Source: Candidatus Binatus sp.
GTDB lineage: Bacteria > Desulfobacterota > Binatia > DP-6
DNA length: 64,000 nucleotides
Reading direction: 5' to 3'
Assembly: GCA_035476275.1 (NCBI GenBank)
Contig: DATILR010000391.1
Location: 63-64,062 of the forward strand
A program made the position numbers and the translations under genes. The notes beneath the pieces were generated by a model that was not told where the DNA came from, made no database searches, and saw only the letters and a program-made list of their open reading frames with translations. Of the stretch, positions 26,121 to 44,638 are shown piece after piece (positions within the stretch are counted from its first letter, which is position 1; every line of letters starts with the position of its first letter).

Positions 26121-28226
26121 TTAGCCGGCCTGCGAGGCTTCCGCGAAGCGCGCGCCGGTGGCGCGCAGGGCCTCGGGGCCGATACCCTTTGGCACGGGCT
26201 CGTAATGCGAGAACTGCATCGTGAAGGTCGCACGTCCCTGGGTCCGGGACCGCAGGTCCGTGGCATAGCCGAACATCTCGGCGAGCGGTACCAGGCCGGA
26301 GATCACCTGGGTGTGGCCGCGGGGCTCCTGCCCCGTGATCCGTCCCCGGCGCCGGTTGATGTCGCTGATCACGTCGCCCATCGACTCTTCGGAGGTCACC
26401 ACCTCGAGGGTCATGATGGGCTCGAGGATGACGGGTGAAGCCTTCGCCATTGCCTCCTTGAAGGCCATCGATCCCGCGATCTTGAAGGCCATCTCGGAGG
26501 AGTCGACCTCGTGGTAGGAGCCGTAGATGACGGTGGCCTTGACGTCGACGACCGGGTAGCCGGCGAGCACGCCCGACGACATCGCCTCCTTCACACCCTT
26601 GCCGATGGCCGGAATGTACTCACGCGGGATGACCCCGCCCTTGGTCCCGTCGACGTACTCGAAGCCGCCACCCGGCCCAAGCGGCTCGACGCGCAGGATC
26701 ACGTGACCGTACTGGCCACGCCCACCCGTCTGCCGGATGAAGCGCGACTCCTGCTCGACCGCCTTGCGGATGGTCTCCTTGTAGGCGACCTGCGGCTTCC
26801 CCACGTTGGCATCGACCTTGAACTCGCGCAGCAGCCGATCGACGATGATCTCGAGGTGGAGCTCGCCCATCCCGGAGATGAGCGTCTGACCCGTCTCCGC
26901 GTCCGAGGAGACGCGGAAGGAGGGGTCCTCGGTGGCGAGCTTCTGCAGGGAGCCGCCCAGCCGCTCCTGATCGGCCTTGGTCTTCGGCTCGATGGCAATC
27001 GAGATGACCGGGTCGGGGAACTGCATGCGCTCGAGCACGACCGGACGGTTCTCGTCGCAGAGCGTGTCACCCGTGGTCGTGTCGCGGAGCCCCACCGCGG
27101 CGGCGATGTCGCCCGCGTAGACGTCCTTGATCTCCTCACGCTTGTTGGCGTGCATCTTGAGGAGCCGTCCGATGCGCTCCTTCTTGCCCTTGACGGAGTT
27201 GTAGACGTAGGAGCCCGAGTTCATGACGCCGGCGTAGACGCGGAGGAAGGTGAGCGTCCCGACGTAGGGGTCGGTCATGATCTTGAAGGCGAGCGCCGTG
27301 AAGGGCTCGGTGTCACTCGGGAGGCGCTCCTCCTCGTTGTCGGTGTTGGGGTTGATCCCCTTGACGGGCGGGATGTCGAGCGGCGACGGCAGGTAGTCCA
27401 CGACCGCGTCGAGGAGCGGCTGGACGCCCTTGTTCTTGAACGAGCTCCCGCACACGACCGGCACGATCTGCATCTTGACCGTCCCGGTGCGGATCGCGGC
27501 GCGGACCTCGGCCTCCGAGATCGCCTCCCCGTTCAGGTACTTCTCCATGAGCCGCTCGTCGACGTCGGCGAGCGTCTCGAGCAGGCGCTCGCGACCGGCG
27601 CGGGCCGCCTCGGCATAGTCGTCGGGGATCTCATCCTGGCGGTAGCGCGCGCCGAGGCTCTCATCCTCCCACACGACCGCCTTCATCGTGACCAGGTCGA
27701 CCACGCCGCGGAAACCGTCTTCCGCCCCGAGCGGGAGCTGGAGCACGGCCGCGTTGGCCCGCAGTCGCTCGCGGATCTCCCGCACGACCCGGTCGAAGTC
27801 CGCGCCCACCCGGTCCATCTTGTTGATGAAGGCGATGCGCGGGACGCCGTAGCGGTCCGCCTGACGCCACACGGTCTCCGACTGCGGCTCCACGCCGCCC
27901 ACGCCGCAGAACACCGCGACCGCCCCGTCGAGCACCCGGAGGCTCCGTTCCACCTCGATCGTGAAGTCGACGTGGCCCGGCGTATCGATGATGTTCACGC
28001 GATGCTCGCGCCAGAAACAGGTGGTCGCGGCCGACGTGATGGTGATGCCACGCTCCTGCTCCTGCACCATCCAGTCCATCACGGCGGTCCCCTCGTGGAC
28101 CTCGCCGATCTTGTAGCTGATCCCCGTGTAGTAGAGGATCCGCTCGGTGGTGGTCGTCTTCCCGGCATCGATGTGGGCCATGATGCCGATGTTCCGGGTG
28201 CGTTCGAGTGGGACGTTGCGTGGCAT
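26121..28226 (-). CDS. fusA: Elongation factor G
   Basis: 701 aa, [12 protein letters not shown]…. Confidence 0.97.
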   Translation of the reverse strand: MPRNVPLERTRNIGIMAHIDAGKTTTTERILYYTGISYKIGEVHEGTAVMDWMVQEQERGITITSAATTCFWREHRVNIIDTPGHVDFTIEVERSLRVLDGAVAVFCGVGGVEPQSETVWRQADRYGVPRIAFINKMDRVGADFDRVVREIRERLRANAAVLQLPLGAEDGFRGVVDLVTMKAVVWEDESLGARYRQDEIPDDYAEAARAGRERLLETLADVDERLMEKYLNGEAISEAEVRAAIRTGTVKMQIVPVVCGSSFKNKGVQPLLDAVVDYLPSPLDIPPVKGINPNTDNEEERLPSDTEPFTALAFKIMTDPYVGTLTFLRVYAGVMNSGSYVYNSVKGKKERIGRLLKMHANKREEIKDVYAGDIAAAVGLRDTTTGDTLCDENRPVVLERMQFPDPVISIAIEPKTKADQERLGGSLQKLATEDPSFRVSSDAETGQTLISGMGELHLEIIVDRLLREFKVDANVGKPQVAYKETIRKAVEQESRFIRQTGGRGQYGHVILRVEPLGPGGGFEYVDGTKGGVIPREYIPAIGKGVKEAMSSGVLAGYPVVDVKATVIYGSYHEVDSSEMAFKIAGSMAFKEAMAKASPVILEPIMTLEVVTSEESMGDVISDINRRRGRITGQEPRGHTQVISGLVPLAEMFGYATDLRSRTQGRATFTMQFSHYEPVPKGIGPEALRATGARFAEASQAG

Positions 28227-28253
28227 GGCTGTGAGCCCGCGGGCGCCGAAGCG

Positions 28254-28775
<522 letters not shown>

Positions 28776-28786
28776 ACGCCGCTGAC

Positions 28787-29158
28787 TCACTTCGGCCTTT
28801 TGGCTCCGTACTTCGAGCGGCCCTGACGCCGATCCTGCACGCCGATCGAGTCGAGGGTGCCGCGGACGATGTGGTAGCGCACGCCGGGCAGGTCCTTCAC
28901 CCGGCCTCCACGGATGAGCACCACCGAGTGCTCCTGCAGGTTGTGACCCACCCCGGGGATGTACGACGTCACCTCGATGCCGTTGGTCAGCCGGACTCGG
29001 GCAACCTTGCGCAGCGCTGAATTCGGTTTCTTCGGCGTCGTCGTATAGACACGCGTGCACACGCCGCGCTTCTGCGGTGACCCCTGCAGGGCGGGGGCCG
29101 TTCGCTTGGCGCGTTGCTGTTCACGTCCGCGCTTGACGAGCTGGTTGATCGTCGGCAT
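28787..29158 (-). CDS. rpsL: 30S ribosomal protein S12
   Basis: [14 protein letters not shown]… with [11 protein letters not shown]. Confidence 0.96.
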   Translation of the reverse strand: MPTINQLVKRGREQQRAKRTAPALQGSPQKRGVCTRVYTTTPKKPNSALRKVARVRLTNGIEVTSYIPGVGHNLQEHSVVLIRGGRVKDLPGVRYHIVRGTLDSIGVQDRRQGRSKYGAKRPK

Positions 29159-29203
29159 CGGTCAGCCGCTTCTCTCCCTCAGATTCCCTCGACGGAAACG
29201 ACC

Positions 29204-29232
29204 TTTTTAGGTGGCGCGCTCGTGGGTGTCAA
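29204..29232 (-). promoter_or_regulatory. Sigma-70-like promoter TTGACA-17-TAAAAA upstream of rpsL (str operon promoter)
   Basis: Perfect -35 hexamer in the AT-richer rpoC-rpsL spacer, about 45 nt upstream of the rpsL ATG. Confidence 0.5.
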
Positions 29233-29250
29233 CAAAATGCTGGCGGGGCT

Positions 29251-33408
<4,158 letters not shown>

Positions 33409-33463
33409 GGATTTGAACTCCCGTCGGCCAGCCTGAGCGCTGTCATCCCCGACCTCCCCACCG

Positions 33464-37597
<4,134 letters not shown>

Positions 37598-37639
37598 CGC
37601 GTCTTTACCCCTCCTGGCTTGTGTTGGGCTGCATGTGGA

Positions 37640-38026
37640 TCACTTCAGCTCGACCGTCGCGCCCGACTCTTCGAGCTTCTTCTTGATCGCTTCCGCCTCC
37701 GCCTTCGGAACACCTTCCTTCACCGGCTTGGGCGCGCCATCGACCAGGTCCTTGGCCTCCTTGAGCCCGAGGCCGGTCAGCTCCCGCACCACCTTGATGA
37801 CCTGGATCTTCTTCTCGCCGGCACCCGCCAGGACGACGGTGAACTCCTCCTTCTCCGGCGCCGCGGCCGCCGCCGGAGCCGCCGCCCCTCCGCCACCGCC
37901 CGCGATGGCCACCGGCGCCGCGGCCGACACCCCGAGCTCGGACTCCAGCTCCTTCACCAGCTGGGCGGCGTCCATCAAGCTCATGCTCTTCAAATAATCC
38001 TTGACCTGATCACGCGTGACGTCCAT
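37640..38026 (-). CDS. rplL: 50S ribosomal protein L7/L12
   Basis: Ala/Gly hinge and C-terminal domain …[17 protein letters not shown]…. Confidence 0.94.
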   Translation of the reverse strand: MDVTRDQVKDYLKSMSLMDAAQLVKELESELGVSAAAPVAIAGGGGGAAAPAAAAAPEKEEFTVVLAGAGEKKIQVIKVVRELTGLGLKEAKDLVDGAPKPVKEGVPKAEAEAIKKKLEESGATVELK

Positions 38027-38059
38027 TCCCTCGCTCCTTCCTGGTAACTGTGTCGCTTG

Positions 38060-38596
38060 CTACGCCGGCTCTCCGGCCTCGGCGGGGGCGCGCTTCCCGA
38101 TCGCGTCGACGAGTCGCGCGAGACGCGCCGCGGGTTCATTCAGGGTCCGCAGCAGCTGCGCCGCGGGCGCCTGGAGCAACCCGAGAAGCTGCGCCAGGAT
38201 GACCTCGCGCGCCGGCAGCGCCGCGAGCGCCTTGACACCGGCGGCGGGCAGCACCTGTCCATCGAGGACCGCGCCCTTGATCTCCAGCTTGGGCAGCTCC
38301 TCGGCGAGCTTGACCACCACCTTCGCCATGGTGACGGGATCGCGGAAGCCGATGATGAGCGCGAGCGGTCCTTCGCAGAGCGGACCGAGCGGCTCGTAGC
38401 GCGAGGCCGCGGCGGCGCGCTTGGCGAGCGTGTTCTTGGCGACGCGGCAGCGCCCGTCGATGTCGCGGATCGTCTTCCGCAGGTGGTTCATCTGGCCGGC
38501 CGTGAGCCCGCGGTATTCGGCCAGCACCGCGACCGTGGCCCGGCCGAGCTCGCCATGGAGCGTTTCCACGCTCGCGATCTTCTCGGCGCGCCTCAT
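38060..38596 (-). CDS. rplJ: 50S ribosomal protein L10
   Basis: Start refined to MRRAEKIASVE. A GGGAG SD is contributed by the repeat copy in the leader. Confidence 0.88.
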   Translation of the reverse strand: MRRAEKIASVETLHGELGRATVAVLAEYRGLTAGQMNHLRKTIRDIDGRCRVAKNTLAKRAAAASRYEPLGPLCEGPLALIIGFRDPVTMAKVVVKLAEELPKLEIKGAVLDGQVLPAAGVKALAALPAREVILAQLLGLLQAPAAQLLRTLNEPAARLARLVDAIGKRAPAEAGEPA

Positions 38597-38603
38597 GCGA
38601 ACT

Positions 38604-38650
38604 CCCGGGGGCCCGTGCGGTGCTCGCACGCGGCTTTGCCGCGCGCTCCG
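38604..38650. repeat. GC-rich structured intergenic repeat, copy A (truncated), in the rplJ (L10) leader. It overlaps the rplJ SD.
   Basis: A 22-nt exact match to copy B, followed by CGCGGC-ttt-GCCGCG, the same short-hairpin stem as in copy B. Confidence 0.55.
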
Positions 38651-38704
38651 ACCAGCCTCCCTCCCCGTGCGCAATTTGTACTCGCTGTGCTCAAGTGATC
38701 ATCC

Positions 38705-39409
38705 TCAGGCGGCGCGCGCCGTGGCGGGGTCGATCCTCACCGAAGGACCCATGGTGGTGGTGACGGCGATGCTCTGGACGTAGTTGCCCTTGGAGGCGGC
38801 GGGCTTGGCACGCAGCAGGCTGGTGAGCAACGCGTTGGCGTTGGCGACCAGCTTCTCGGCACCGAAGCTCCGCTTGCCGATCGGCACGTGCACGATGCCC
38901 GCCTTCTCGACCCGGAACTCCACCTTGCCGGCCTTCACCTCGCGGACCGCCTTGCCCACCTCGAAGGTCACCGTGCCGACCTTCGGATTCGGCATGAGGC
39001 CGCGAGGACCGAGGATCTTCCCTAGCCGACCGACCGCACCCATCATGTCGGGAGTGGCGATGGCGGTGTCGAAGTCGAGCCACTGCTCGTCCTGAATCTT
39101 CTTGGCGAGCTCGTCCGCTCCGACGTGATCGGCACCCGCTTCGCTCGCCTCCTTGGCCTTGTCGCCCTTCGCGAAGACGACGACCCGGACCGCCTTCCCC
39201 CGGCCGTGCGGGAGCACCACTGTGCCGCGCACGTTCTGATCGGCCTGGCGCGGATCGACGCCCAGCTTCACCGCGAGCTCGACCGTCTCGTCGAACTTCG
39301 CGCCGCCCTCCGCCTTCATGAGAACGTGGATCGCTTCCTCCAGCGGATAGCGGCGCGCGCGATCGATCTTCTCCGCGGCCTGTCGGTACCGCTTGCTCTT
39401 CTTTGCCAT
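38705..39409 (-). CDS. rplA: 50S ribosomal protein L1
   Basis: Start refined to [16 protein letters not shown]. Confidence 0.92.
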   Translation of the reverse strand: MAKKSKRYRQAAEKIDRARRYPLEEAIHVLMKAEGGAKFDETVELAVKLGVDPRQADQNVRGTVVLPHGRGKAVRVVVFAKGDKAKEASEAGADHVGADELAKKIQDEQWLDFDTAIATPDMMGAVGRLGKILGPRGLMPNPKVGTVTFEVGKAVREVKAGKVEFRVEKAGIVHVPIGKRSFGAEKLVANANALLTSLLRAKPAASKGNYVQSIAVTTTMGPSVRIDPATARAA

Positions 39410-39417
39410 GACCCCTC

Positions 39418-39840
39418 TCACACCACGTCGAGCCCGAGGCTCCGCGCGGTACCCTCGATGGTCTTCACCGCCTGCGCCAGGTTCGACGCCGTCAGATCCG
39501 GCATCTTCAAGCGCGCGATCTCCTCGACCTGCTGGCGGGTCACCTGCCCGACCTTCTTCTTCCCCGTCTCACCCGAGCCCTTCTCGATGCCGGCGGCACG
39601 CTTGAGCAGCACCGCCGCCGGGGGGGTCTTGGTGATGAACGTGAAGGAGCGGTCCGCGTAGACCGTGATGATGACCGGAATGATGAGCCCCGCCTGCGCC
39701 TGGGTCTGCGCGTTGAACGCCTTGCAGAACTCCATGATGTTGACGCCGCGCTGCCCGAGCGCCGGCCCGACCGGCGGACTCGGGTTCGCCGCACCGGCTG
39801 GAATCTGCAGCTTGATCTCCGCGATGACCTTCTTCGCCAT
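39418..39840 (-). CDS. rplK: 50S ribosomal protein L11
   Basis: [29 protein letters not shown]…. Confidence 0.95.
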   Translation of the reverse strand: MAKKVIAEIKLQIPAGAANPSPPVGPALGQRGVNIMEFCKAFNAQTQAQAGLIIPVIITVYADRSFTFITKTPPAAVLLKRAAGIEKGSGETGKKKVGQVTRQQVEEIARLKMPDLTASNLAQAVKTIEGTARSLGLDVV

Positions 39841-39843
39841 GCC

Positions 39844-40407
39844 CTACGCTTTCTCCACCTGCACGAAGTCGAGCTCGACCGGCGTCGCCCGGCCGAAGAT
39901 GCTGATCAGCACCCGCAGCTTGCCCTTCTCGGGCTTCACCTCTTCCACGACGCCGTTGAAGTCCTGGAACGGACCGTCGATCACCTTCACCTGCTCGCCC
40001 TGCTCGAAAAGCACCTTGGGCTTCGGCTTGACCGCACCCTCCTCCATCTGGTGCGTGATCTCGCGCACCTCGGCCTCGGAGATCGAGGGGATTGCACTCG
40101 GATCGGTCGCTCCGCCGAGGAAACCCGTTACCTTGGGCGTCGACTTGACGATGTGCCACGTCTCGTTGTTGAGGCGCATGTTCACCAGGATGTACCCAGG
40201 GAAGAACTTGCGCGACGAGGTCTTCTTCTTCCCCTTCACCAGCTCCACGACCTTCTCCGACGGAACCAGGATCTCGCCGAACAGCTGGGGCTTGCCGAGG
40301 GAACGGATCCGCTCTTCGAGAGCCGCCTTCACCTTGTGCTCGTAGCCCGAATAGGTGTGCACCACGTACCACTGCCGCTCACCACCGTTCTGCTCCTTCG
40401 TCAGCAT
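39844..40407 (-). CDS. nusG: Transcription termination/antitermination factor NusG
   Basis: Start refined to MLTKEQNGGERQWYVVHTYSGYEHKV. KOW domain at the C-terminus. Confidence 0.9.
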   Translation of the reverse strand: MLTKEQNGGERQWYVVHTYSGYEHKVKAALEERIRSLGKPQLFGEILVPSEKVVELVKGKKKTSSRKFFPGYILVNMRLNNETWHIVKSTPKVTGFLGGATDPSAIPSISEAEVREITHQMEEGAVKPKPKVLFEQGEQVKVIDGPFQDFNGVVEEVKPEKGKLRVLISIFGRATPVELDFVQVEKA

Positions 40408-40619
40408 CAGCCGAGCAGATGATGGATGACCCAGGACAGCACGAAGTCGACCAGCCCGAGATACAGTGCGACGATCACGACGCCGACGACCACGACGAGC
40501 GTCGCCCCCTGGACCTCCTTGCGCGAGGGCCAGTGCACCTTCTTGAGCTCGGCCCACGATTCCTCGAGAAACTCCCGGGAGCGCGTGACCGGTTGCTTGA
40601 GCGAGTCGAGTGCGTTCAT
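40407..40619 (-). CDS. secE: Preprotein translocase SecE
   Basis: 70 aa from MNALDSLKQPVTRSREFLEE… with a single C-terminal TM helix. Confidence 0.85.
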   Translation of the reverse strand: MNALDSLKQPVTRSREFLEESWAELKKVHWPSRKEVQGATLVVVVGVVIVALYLGLVDFVLSWVIHHLLG

Positions 40620-40632
40620 GTCGTTGGAGGCA

Positions 40633-40705
40633 CGGGTCAGGCAGGATTCGAACCTGCAACCCCCGGATTTGGAGTCCGGTGCTCTGCCGTTCGAGCTACT
40701 GACCC
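40633..40705 (-). tRNA. trnW: tRNA-Trp (anticodon CCA)
   Basis: Cloverleaf drawn by eye. Acceptor GGGTCAG/CTGACCC, anticodon loop CTCCAAA. Confidence 0.85.
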
Positions 40706-40713
40706 CCGCTGGG

Positions 40714-40866
40714 CTAGACCTTGCCCTCCTTGTGCACGGTGTGGCTCCGGCACGACGGACAGAACTTCTTGAAGGCCAGCTTGTCCGTCGTCCGCTTCTT
40801 GTTCTTCGTGCTGGTGTAGTTCTTCCGCTTGCACCCGTCACAGACGAGCGTGATCAGATCGCGCAT
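40714..40866 (-). CDS. rpmG: 50S ribosomal protein L33
   Basis: Not in the ORF track. My translation is [50 protein letters not shown]. Confidence 0.88.
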   Translation of the reverse strand: MRDLITLVCDGCKRKNYTSTKNKKRTTDKLAFKKFCPSCRSHTVHKEGKV

Positions 40867-40879
40867 GGCGACACCTCGC

Positions 40880-40955
40880 TGGAGCCCACGACCGGATTCG
40901 AACCGGTGACCTCTTCCTTACCAAGGAAGTGCTCTGCCGAATGAGCTACGTGGGC
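40880..40955 (-). tRNA. tRNA-Thr (GGT), CCA encoded
   Basis: GCCCACG…CTTGGTAA…CGTGGGCTCCA. Confidence 0.85.
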
Positions 40956-40961
40956 TAAATC

Positions 40962-41050
40962 TCCTGGGGGCCCGTGCGGTGCTCGCGCGCTACGCGCGCT
41001 GCGCTCCTCCGATGCCCCCAGACCCCGCGCCGCGCGCGGCAAAGCCGCGC
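40962..41050. repeat. GC-rich structured intergenic repeat, copy B. It has a long hairpin module plus a short GCGCGGC-AA-GCCGCGC hairpin.
   Basis: Shares the 22-nt exact string gggggcccgtgcggtgctcgc with copy A. Module 1 is ~85% identical to copy C. Confidence 0.6.
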
Positions 41051-41081
41051 CCGGCTTCCACGCTGGCGCCAAGCACGTCGA

Positions 41082-41157
41082 ATGGAGCGGGAGACGGGAA
41101 TCGAACCCGCGACCCCGAGCTTGGAAGGCTCGCGCTCTACCACCTGAGCTACTCCCG
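41082..41157 (-). tRNA. tRNA-Gly (TCC), CCA encoded
   Basis: GCGGGAGTAGCTCAGGTGGTAGAGC…CTTCCAA…. Confidence 0.85.
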
Positions 41158-41188
41158 CAGATCATCGTTCGTGTCGTCACCTGAAGAA

Positions 41189-41271
<83 letters not shown>

Positions 41272-41299
41272 ACAGCGGATTCCCAACAAGGCACCCGGC

Positions 41300-41374
41300 T
41301 GGAGCCGATGGTCGGAGTCGAACCGACGACCTGCTGATTACAAGTCAGCTGCTCTACCCCTGAGCTACATCGGC
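41300..41374 (-). tRNA. tRNA-Thr (TGT), CCA encoded
   Basis: GCCGATGTAGCTCAGGGGTAGAGC…CTTGTAA…. Confidence 0.85.
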
Positions 41375-41497
41375 GGGTCGCGCCGCGCCACGACCGGGCG
41401 CTGCGTTCGAGACTTTCCCGCAACCTCCTTGGCCGTTCCGCGTCCGGAACAGCAGTGGCGAGGAGCACCAACACCCCTATCGGCGAGTAAACGCGGC

Positions 41498-41527
41498 TTT
41501 ATAGCACCGGCCATAGAGAGCAGTCAA
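41498..41527 (-). promoter_or_regulatory. Sigma-70-like promoter TTGACT-18-TATAAA, in an AT-rich islet upstream of the tRNA-Thr/Tyr/Gly/Thr-rpmG-tRNA-Trp-secE-nusG operon
   Basis: Read on the minus strand. It is the best hexamer match in the window and sits in a low-GC patch about 115 nt upstream of the tRNA-Thr 5' end. Confidence 0.45.
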
Positions 41528-41551
41528 CGAACGCGCCGTAACAACGACGTT

Positions 41552-42319
41552 TTAGGATGGCCGCCGACGGATGATGAGCTCGTAGAGGGCGATCCCGACC
41601 GCGACCCCGACGTTCAGGGACTCGACCCCCGGCTCCATGGGGATGGAGACCGCAAAGTCACAGGTGCGCCGGACCAGCGGGCGCAGCCCCTCCCCCTCCC
41701 CTCCGGCCACCAAAACGGCGCGCTCCGGCACCGAGTGCGCCGGCAGGGGCGTTCCGCCGTGGGGAGCCAGGGCCACGAGCCAGAACCCGTGCTCCTTCAG
41801 GCGCTCGAGGGCTTGGACGAGGTTGGGGACACGGACCACCGGTCGGTCGAAGAGCACCCCGGCGGCAGTAGCCACGACGACGCCGGTCACCCCGACGCTC
41901 CGGTCGCGGGGGAGGAGAATCCCACCTATCCCGAAGGCACAGGCCGTCCGCAGGATGGCCCCCAGGTTCCGTGGATCCTGGACGCCATCGAGCGCGAGAA
42001 CGCTCGGACAGCCGGGGGCGATCAGGCGATCGAGGGGCGCGTACGAGAAGCCGGCGGAAAGCGCGACGGTCCCCTGATGGTGCGGGGACCGCGCCAGGCG
42101 CTCGAGGGTGGTCTGCTCGGCGACTTCCACCGGCACGCCCCGTTCGCCGGCCGCACGCTCGATCTCCTGCTGGCGCGGGCCGCGACCCAGGAGGAGCCGC
42201 GTGCAAGGGTGTGTGCTCCGGAGCAACTCGAGCACGGGGTTGACGCCGTAGACGACGAGGCCCGGCTCGGCGTCACCCGTCGCCCATCCCCGCCTTCGGG
42301 TTGTTCGACCGGGACGCAT
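41552..42319 (-). CDS. rlmB: SpoU/TrmH-family RNA 2'-O-methyltransferase, RlmB-like
   Basis: …LDGVQDPRNLGAILRTA…, …VAGGEGEGLRP…, …SLNVGVAVGIALYE… motifs. The N-terminal ~20 aa may be an over-extension. Confidence 0.8.
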   Translation of the reverse strand: MRPGRTTRRRGWATGDAEPGLVVYGVNPVLELLRSTHPCTRLLLGRGPRQQEIERAAGERGVPVEVAEQTTLERLARSPHHQGTVALSAGFSYAPLDRLIAPGCPSVLALDGVQDPRNLGAILRTACAFGIGGILLPRDRSVGVTGVVVATAAGVLFDRPVVRVPNLVQALERLKEHGFWLVALAPHGGTPLPAHSVPERAVLVAGGEGEGLRPLVRRTCDFAVSIPMEPGVESLNVGVAVGIALYELIIRRRPS

Positions 42320-42340
42320 CCGCTACACGTTCCGCCCAGG

Positions 42341-43525
42341 GTGCCGCGGATCGTCCATCGCTACATCTTCCGTGAGATCATCGTCCCCTTCGCCCTTGGG
42401 CTCTCGCTCTTCACCTTCGTCCTCCTCATCGCACGGCTGATCAAGCTGATCGAGCTGGTGGTCAACCGGGGCGTGCCGCTCCTCGCCGTGCTCCGTCTGC
42501 TCAGCTACATCCTCCCGGCCTTCCTGGAGGTGACGCTTCCGATGGCGATGCTGCTCGCCATCCTCGTCGCCTTCGGCCGCCTCTCCGCCGACTCCGAGAT
42601 GATCGCCTTGCGGAGCTCGGGGCTGAGCCTCTACCAGCTGGTGCCGTCGGTCGCGGCCTTCGTGGTGATCGCGACCCTCCTCACCGCGGCGCTGTCCTTC
42701 TACGCTCGCCCGTGGGGAACTCGCTCCCTCAAGGGGGCGCTCTACGAGATCGCGCGCACGCGGGCGAGCGCCGGGATCAAACCGCAGGTGTTCAACGACG
42801 ACTTTCCCGGCCTGGTGATCTATACCGAGGACATCGATCCCACGACGGATCGTCTGCGACATGTCCTGGTGGCGGACGAGCGCGAGCCGGGGCAGCAGCA
42901 GACGATCTTCGCCAGCGAGGCGACGATGGTGTCCGACGAACGTCTGCTGACCGTCACGCTGCGCCTGCGGCAGGGATTCATCGCGAGCACCGACAATCGG
43001 GGGGGAGCCGACTACCAGACGGACTTCGAGACCTACGACGTCAATCTCGACCTGCGGCAGGCGTTCGCCGCTGCCCGCCACGATCGTGATCCCAAGGAGA
43101 TGTCGTTTCCTCAGGTGCGGCGCGCGATCGCCGCGAAGCGGGCGGCCGGGCAGCCCTACGTTCCGGAGCTGGTGGAGTATCACCGGAAATTCGCCATTCC
43201 GTTGGCGTGCGTGGTTTTCGGTCTGGTAGCCGCCCCCCTCGGCGCCCTGCCGGTGCGTGCGGCGCGTGCGCGTGGCTTCGCCGTGAGCCTGGTCATGATC
43301 TTCGTCTACTACATCCTCCTTTCGGGCGGGGAGGCGCTGGCGGAGCAGGAGCTCGTTCCGGTGGTGGTGGGCCTCTGGCTCCCGAACCTCCTCTTCGCCG
43401 TCCTCGGTCTCTATCTCTTCACCCAGGTCGCCGGCGAGCGGACCGTGCTCAAGCTCGAGCGTCTCCAGAGCACCGTGGAGGCTCTCAGAGGCAGGCTCCG
43501 GCTCCGGACGGAGGCCTCCTCGTGA
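42341..43525 (+). CDS. lptF: LptF/LptG-family LPS export permease
   Basis: MPRIVHRYIFREIIVPF… (YjgP/YjgQ family) with 6 predicted TM segments. A GTG start was chosen. It lies inside the spurious 848-aa ORF 40979..43525. Confidence 0.78.
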   Translation: MPRIVHRYIFREIIVPFALGLSLFTFVLLIARLIKLIELVVNRGVPLLAVLRLLSYILPAFLEVTLPMAMLLAILVAFGRLSADSEMIALRSSGLSLYQLVPSVAAFVVIATLLTAALSFYARPWGTRSLKGALYEIARTRASAGIKPQVFNDDFPGLVIYTEDIDPTTDRLRHVLVADEREPGQQQTIFASEATMVSDERLLTVTLRLRQGFIASTDNRGGADYQTDFETYDVNLDLRQAFAAARHDRDPKEMSFPQVRRAIAAKRAAGQPYVPELVEYHRKFAIPLACVVFGLVAAPLGALPVRAARARGFAVSLVMIFVYYILLSGGEALAEQELVPVVVGLWLPNLLFAVLGLYLFTQVAGERTVLKLERLQSTVEALRGRLRLRTEASS

Positions 43526-44622
43526 GGGTGGCCCGGCGGGCGCTCCTGCGGACGGTGACGCTCCACCTCGCCGGTGAGTTCCTGTGGGCCTTCGCGCTCA
43601 CCCTCGGAGCCTTCATCGTCATCTACCTGATCGCGGACTTCTTCGATCGATTCGACGGCTTTCTCCGCCACGATGCCCCCGGCGGAGCGATCCTCCGCTA
43701 CTTCCTTTTCAAGATCCCGATGGTCATCACCCAGGCCACGCCGCTGGCGGTGCTGACGGGGGGGATCGTGGGTCTCGGGCTCCTCGCCCGTCACCACGAA
43801 TTCGTCGCGCTCCGGGCGTGCGGGGTGAGCATCTGGCAGATCGCGATGCCGCTCCTCGGGCTCGGCGCCCTGATCAGTCTCGGCGCGCTCACGTGGAACG
43901 AGACCATCGTTCCCTACAGCGCCCACCGCTGGCACACGATCGAGACCATCGAGATCAAAAAACGCGCCCTGCCGACGGCCTTCACGGGACGCGACATCTG
44001 GTACCACGGGCGCGCGGGCTTCTATAACATCGAGCGCGTGAACGCGAAGCGGAACACGCTCTACGGCCTCCGCATCTACCATCTCGGCGCCGACTTCCGT
44101 CCCCAGCGCGTGCTCGAAATCGATACCGCGATTTGGGGGGAGACGGGGTGGCAGTTCTTCGGCGGACGTACCCGGCACTTCGGGCCGAACGGTGTCGAGG
44201 AATCCCCCGGCCTGCCGGAGGGGTTCACGCTGCCCGAGACGCTCGAGGACTTCCGCGTGGCCTCCGTCGAGCCCGAGGAGCTGAGCTATGCGATGCTCCG
44301 CCGCCAGATCCGCGACCTGCGTCGGAAGGGCGTCGACGTCTCGGAGAGCTGGGTGGACCTTCACCTGAAGCTCTCCCTGCCGGCCGCGAGCCTGGTGATG
44401 ATGCTGATCGCCGTGCCCCTCGCCGCCAGCGGGACGCGGCTGACGAGCGTCGCCGCGAGCGCCGGCGTGGGCGTCGTCCTCGGCTTCGGCTACTTCATGC
44501 TGATGGCCTTCTCGCGCGCGCTCGGGCAGAGCGGCGCCCTGTCACCGATGGTCGCGGCGTGGTTGGCCAACGCGCTCTTCACGCTGGTCGGTGGCTACTA
44601 CCTGCTCGGGGCCGACGCGTAG
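43522..44622 (+). CDS. lptG: LptF/LptG-family LPS export permease, second paralogue
   Basis: …VTLHLAGEFLWAFALTLGAFIVIYL… The GTG start overlaps the lptF TGA as GTGA. Confidence 0.75.
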   Translation: MRVARRALLRTVTLHLAGEFLWAFALTLGAFIVIYLIADFFDRFDGFLRHDAPGGAILRYFLFKIPMVITQATPLAVLTGGIVGLGLLARHHEFVALRACGVSIWQIAMPLLGLGALISLGALTWNETIVPYSAHRWHTIETIEIKKRALPTAFTGRDIWYHGRAGFYNIERVNAKRNTLYGLRIYHLGADFRPQRVLEIDTAIWGETGWQFFGGRTRHFGPNGVEESPGLPEGFTLPETLEDFRVASVEPEELSYAMLRRQIRDLRRKGVDVSESWVDLHLKLSLPAASLVMMLIAVPLAASGTRLTSVAASAGVGVVLGFGYFMLMAFSRALGQSGALSPMVAAWLANALFTLVGGYYLLGADA

Positions 44623-44638
44623 AGGCCCCGGAGCTTGC

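Noticed and set aside
44623-44638. The 16-nt gap between the convergent lptG and argC genes, as a shared terminator.
   Set aside because: It is too short to hold a hairpin. No structure was seen.
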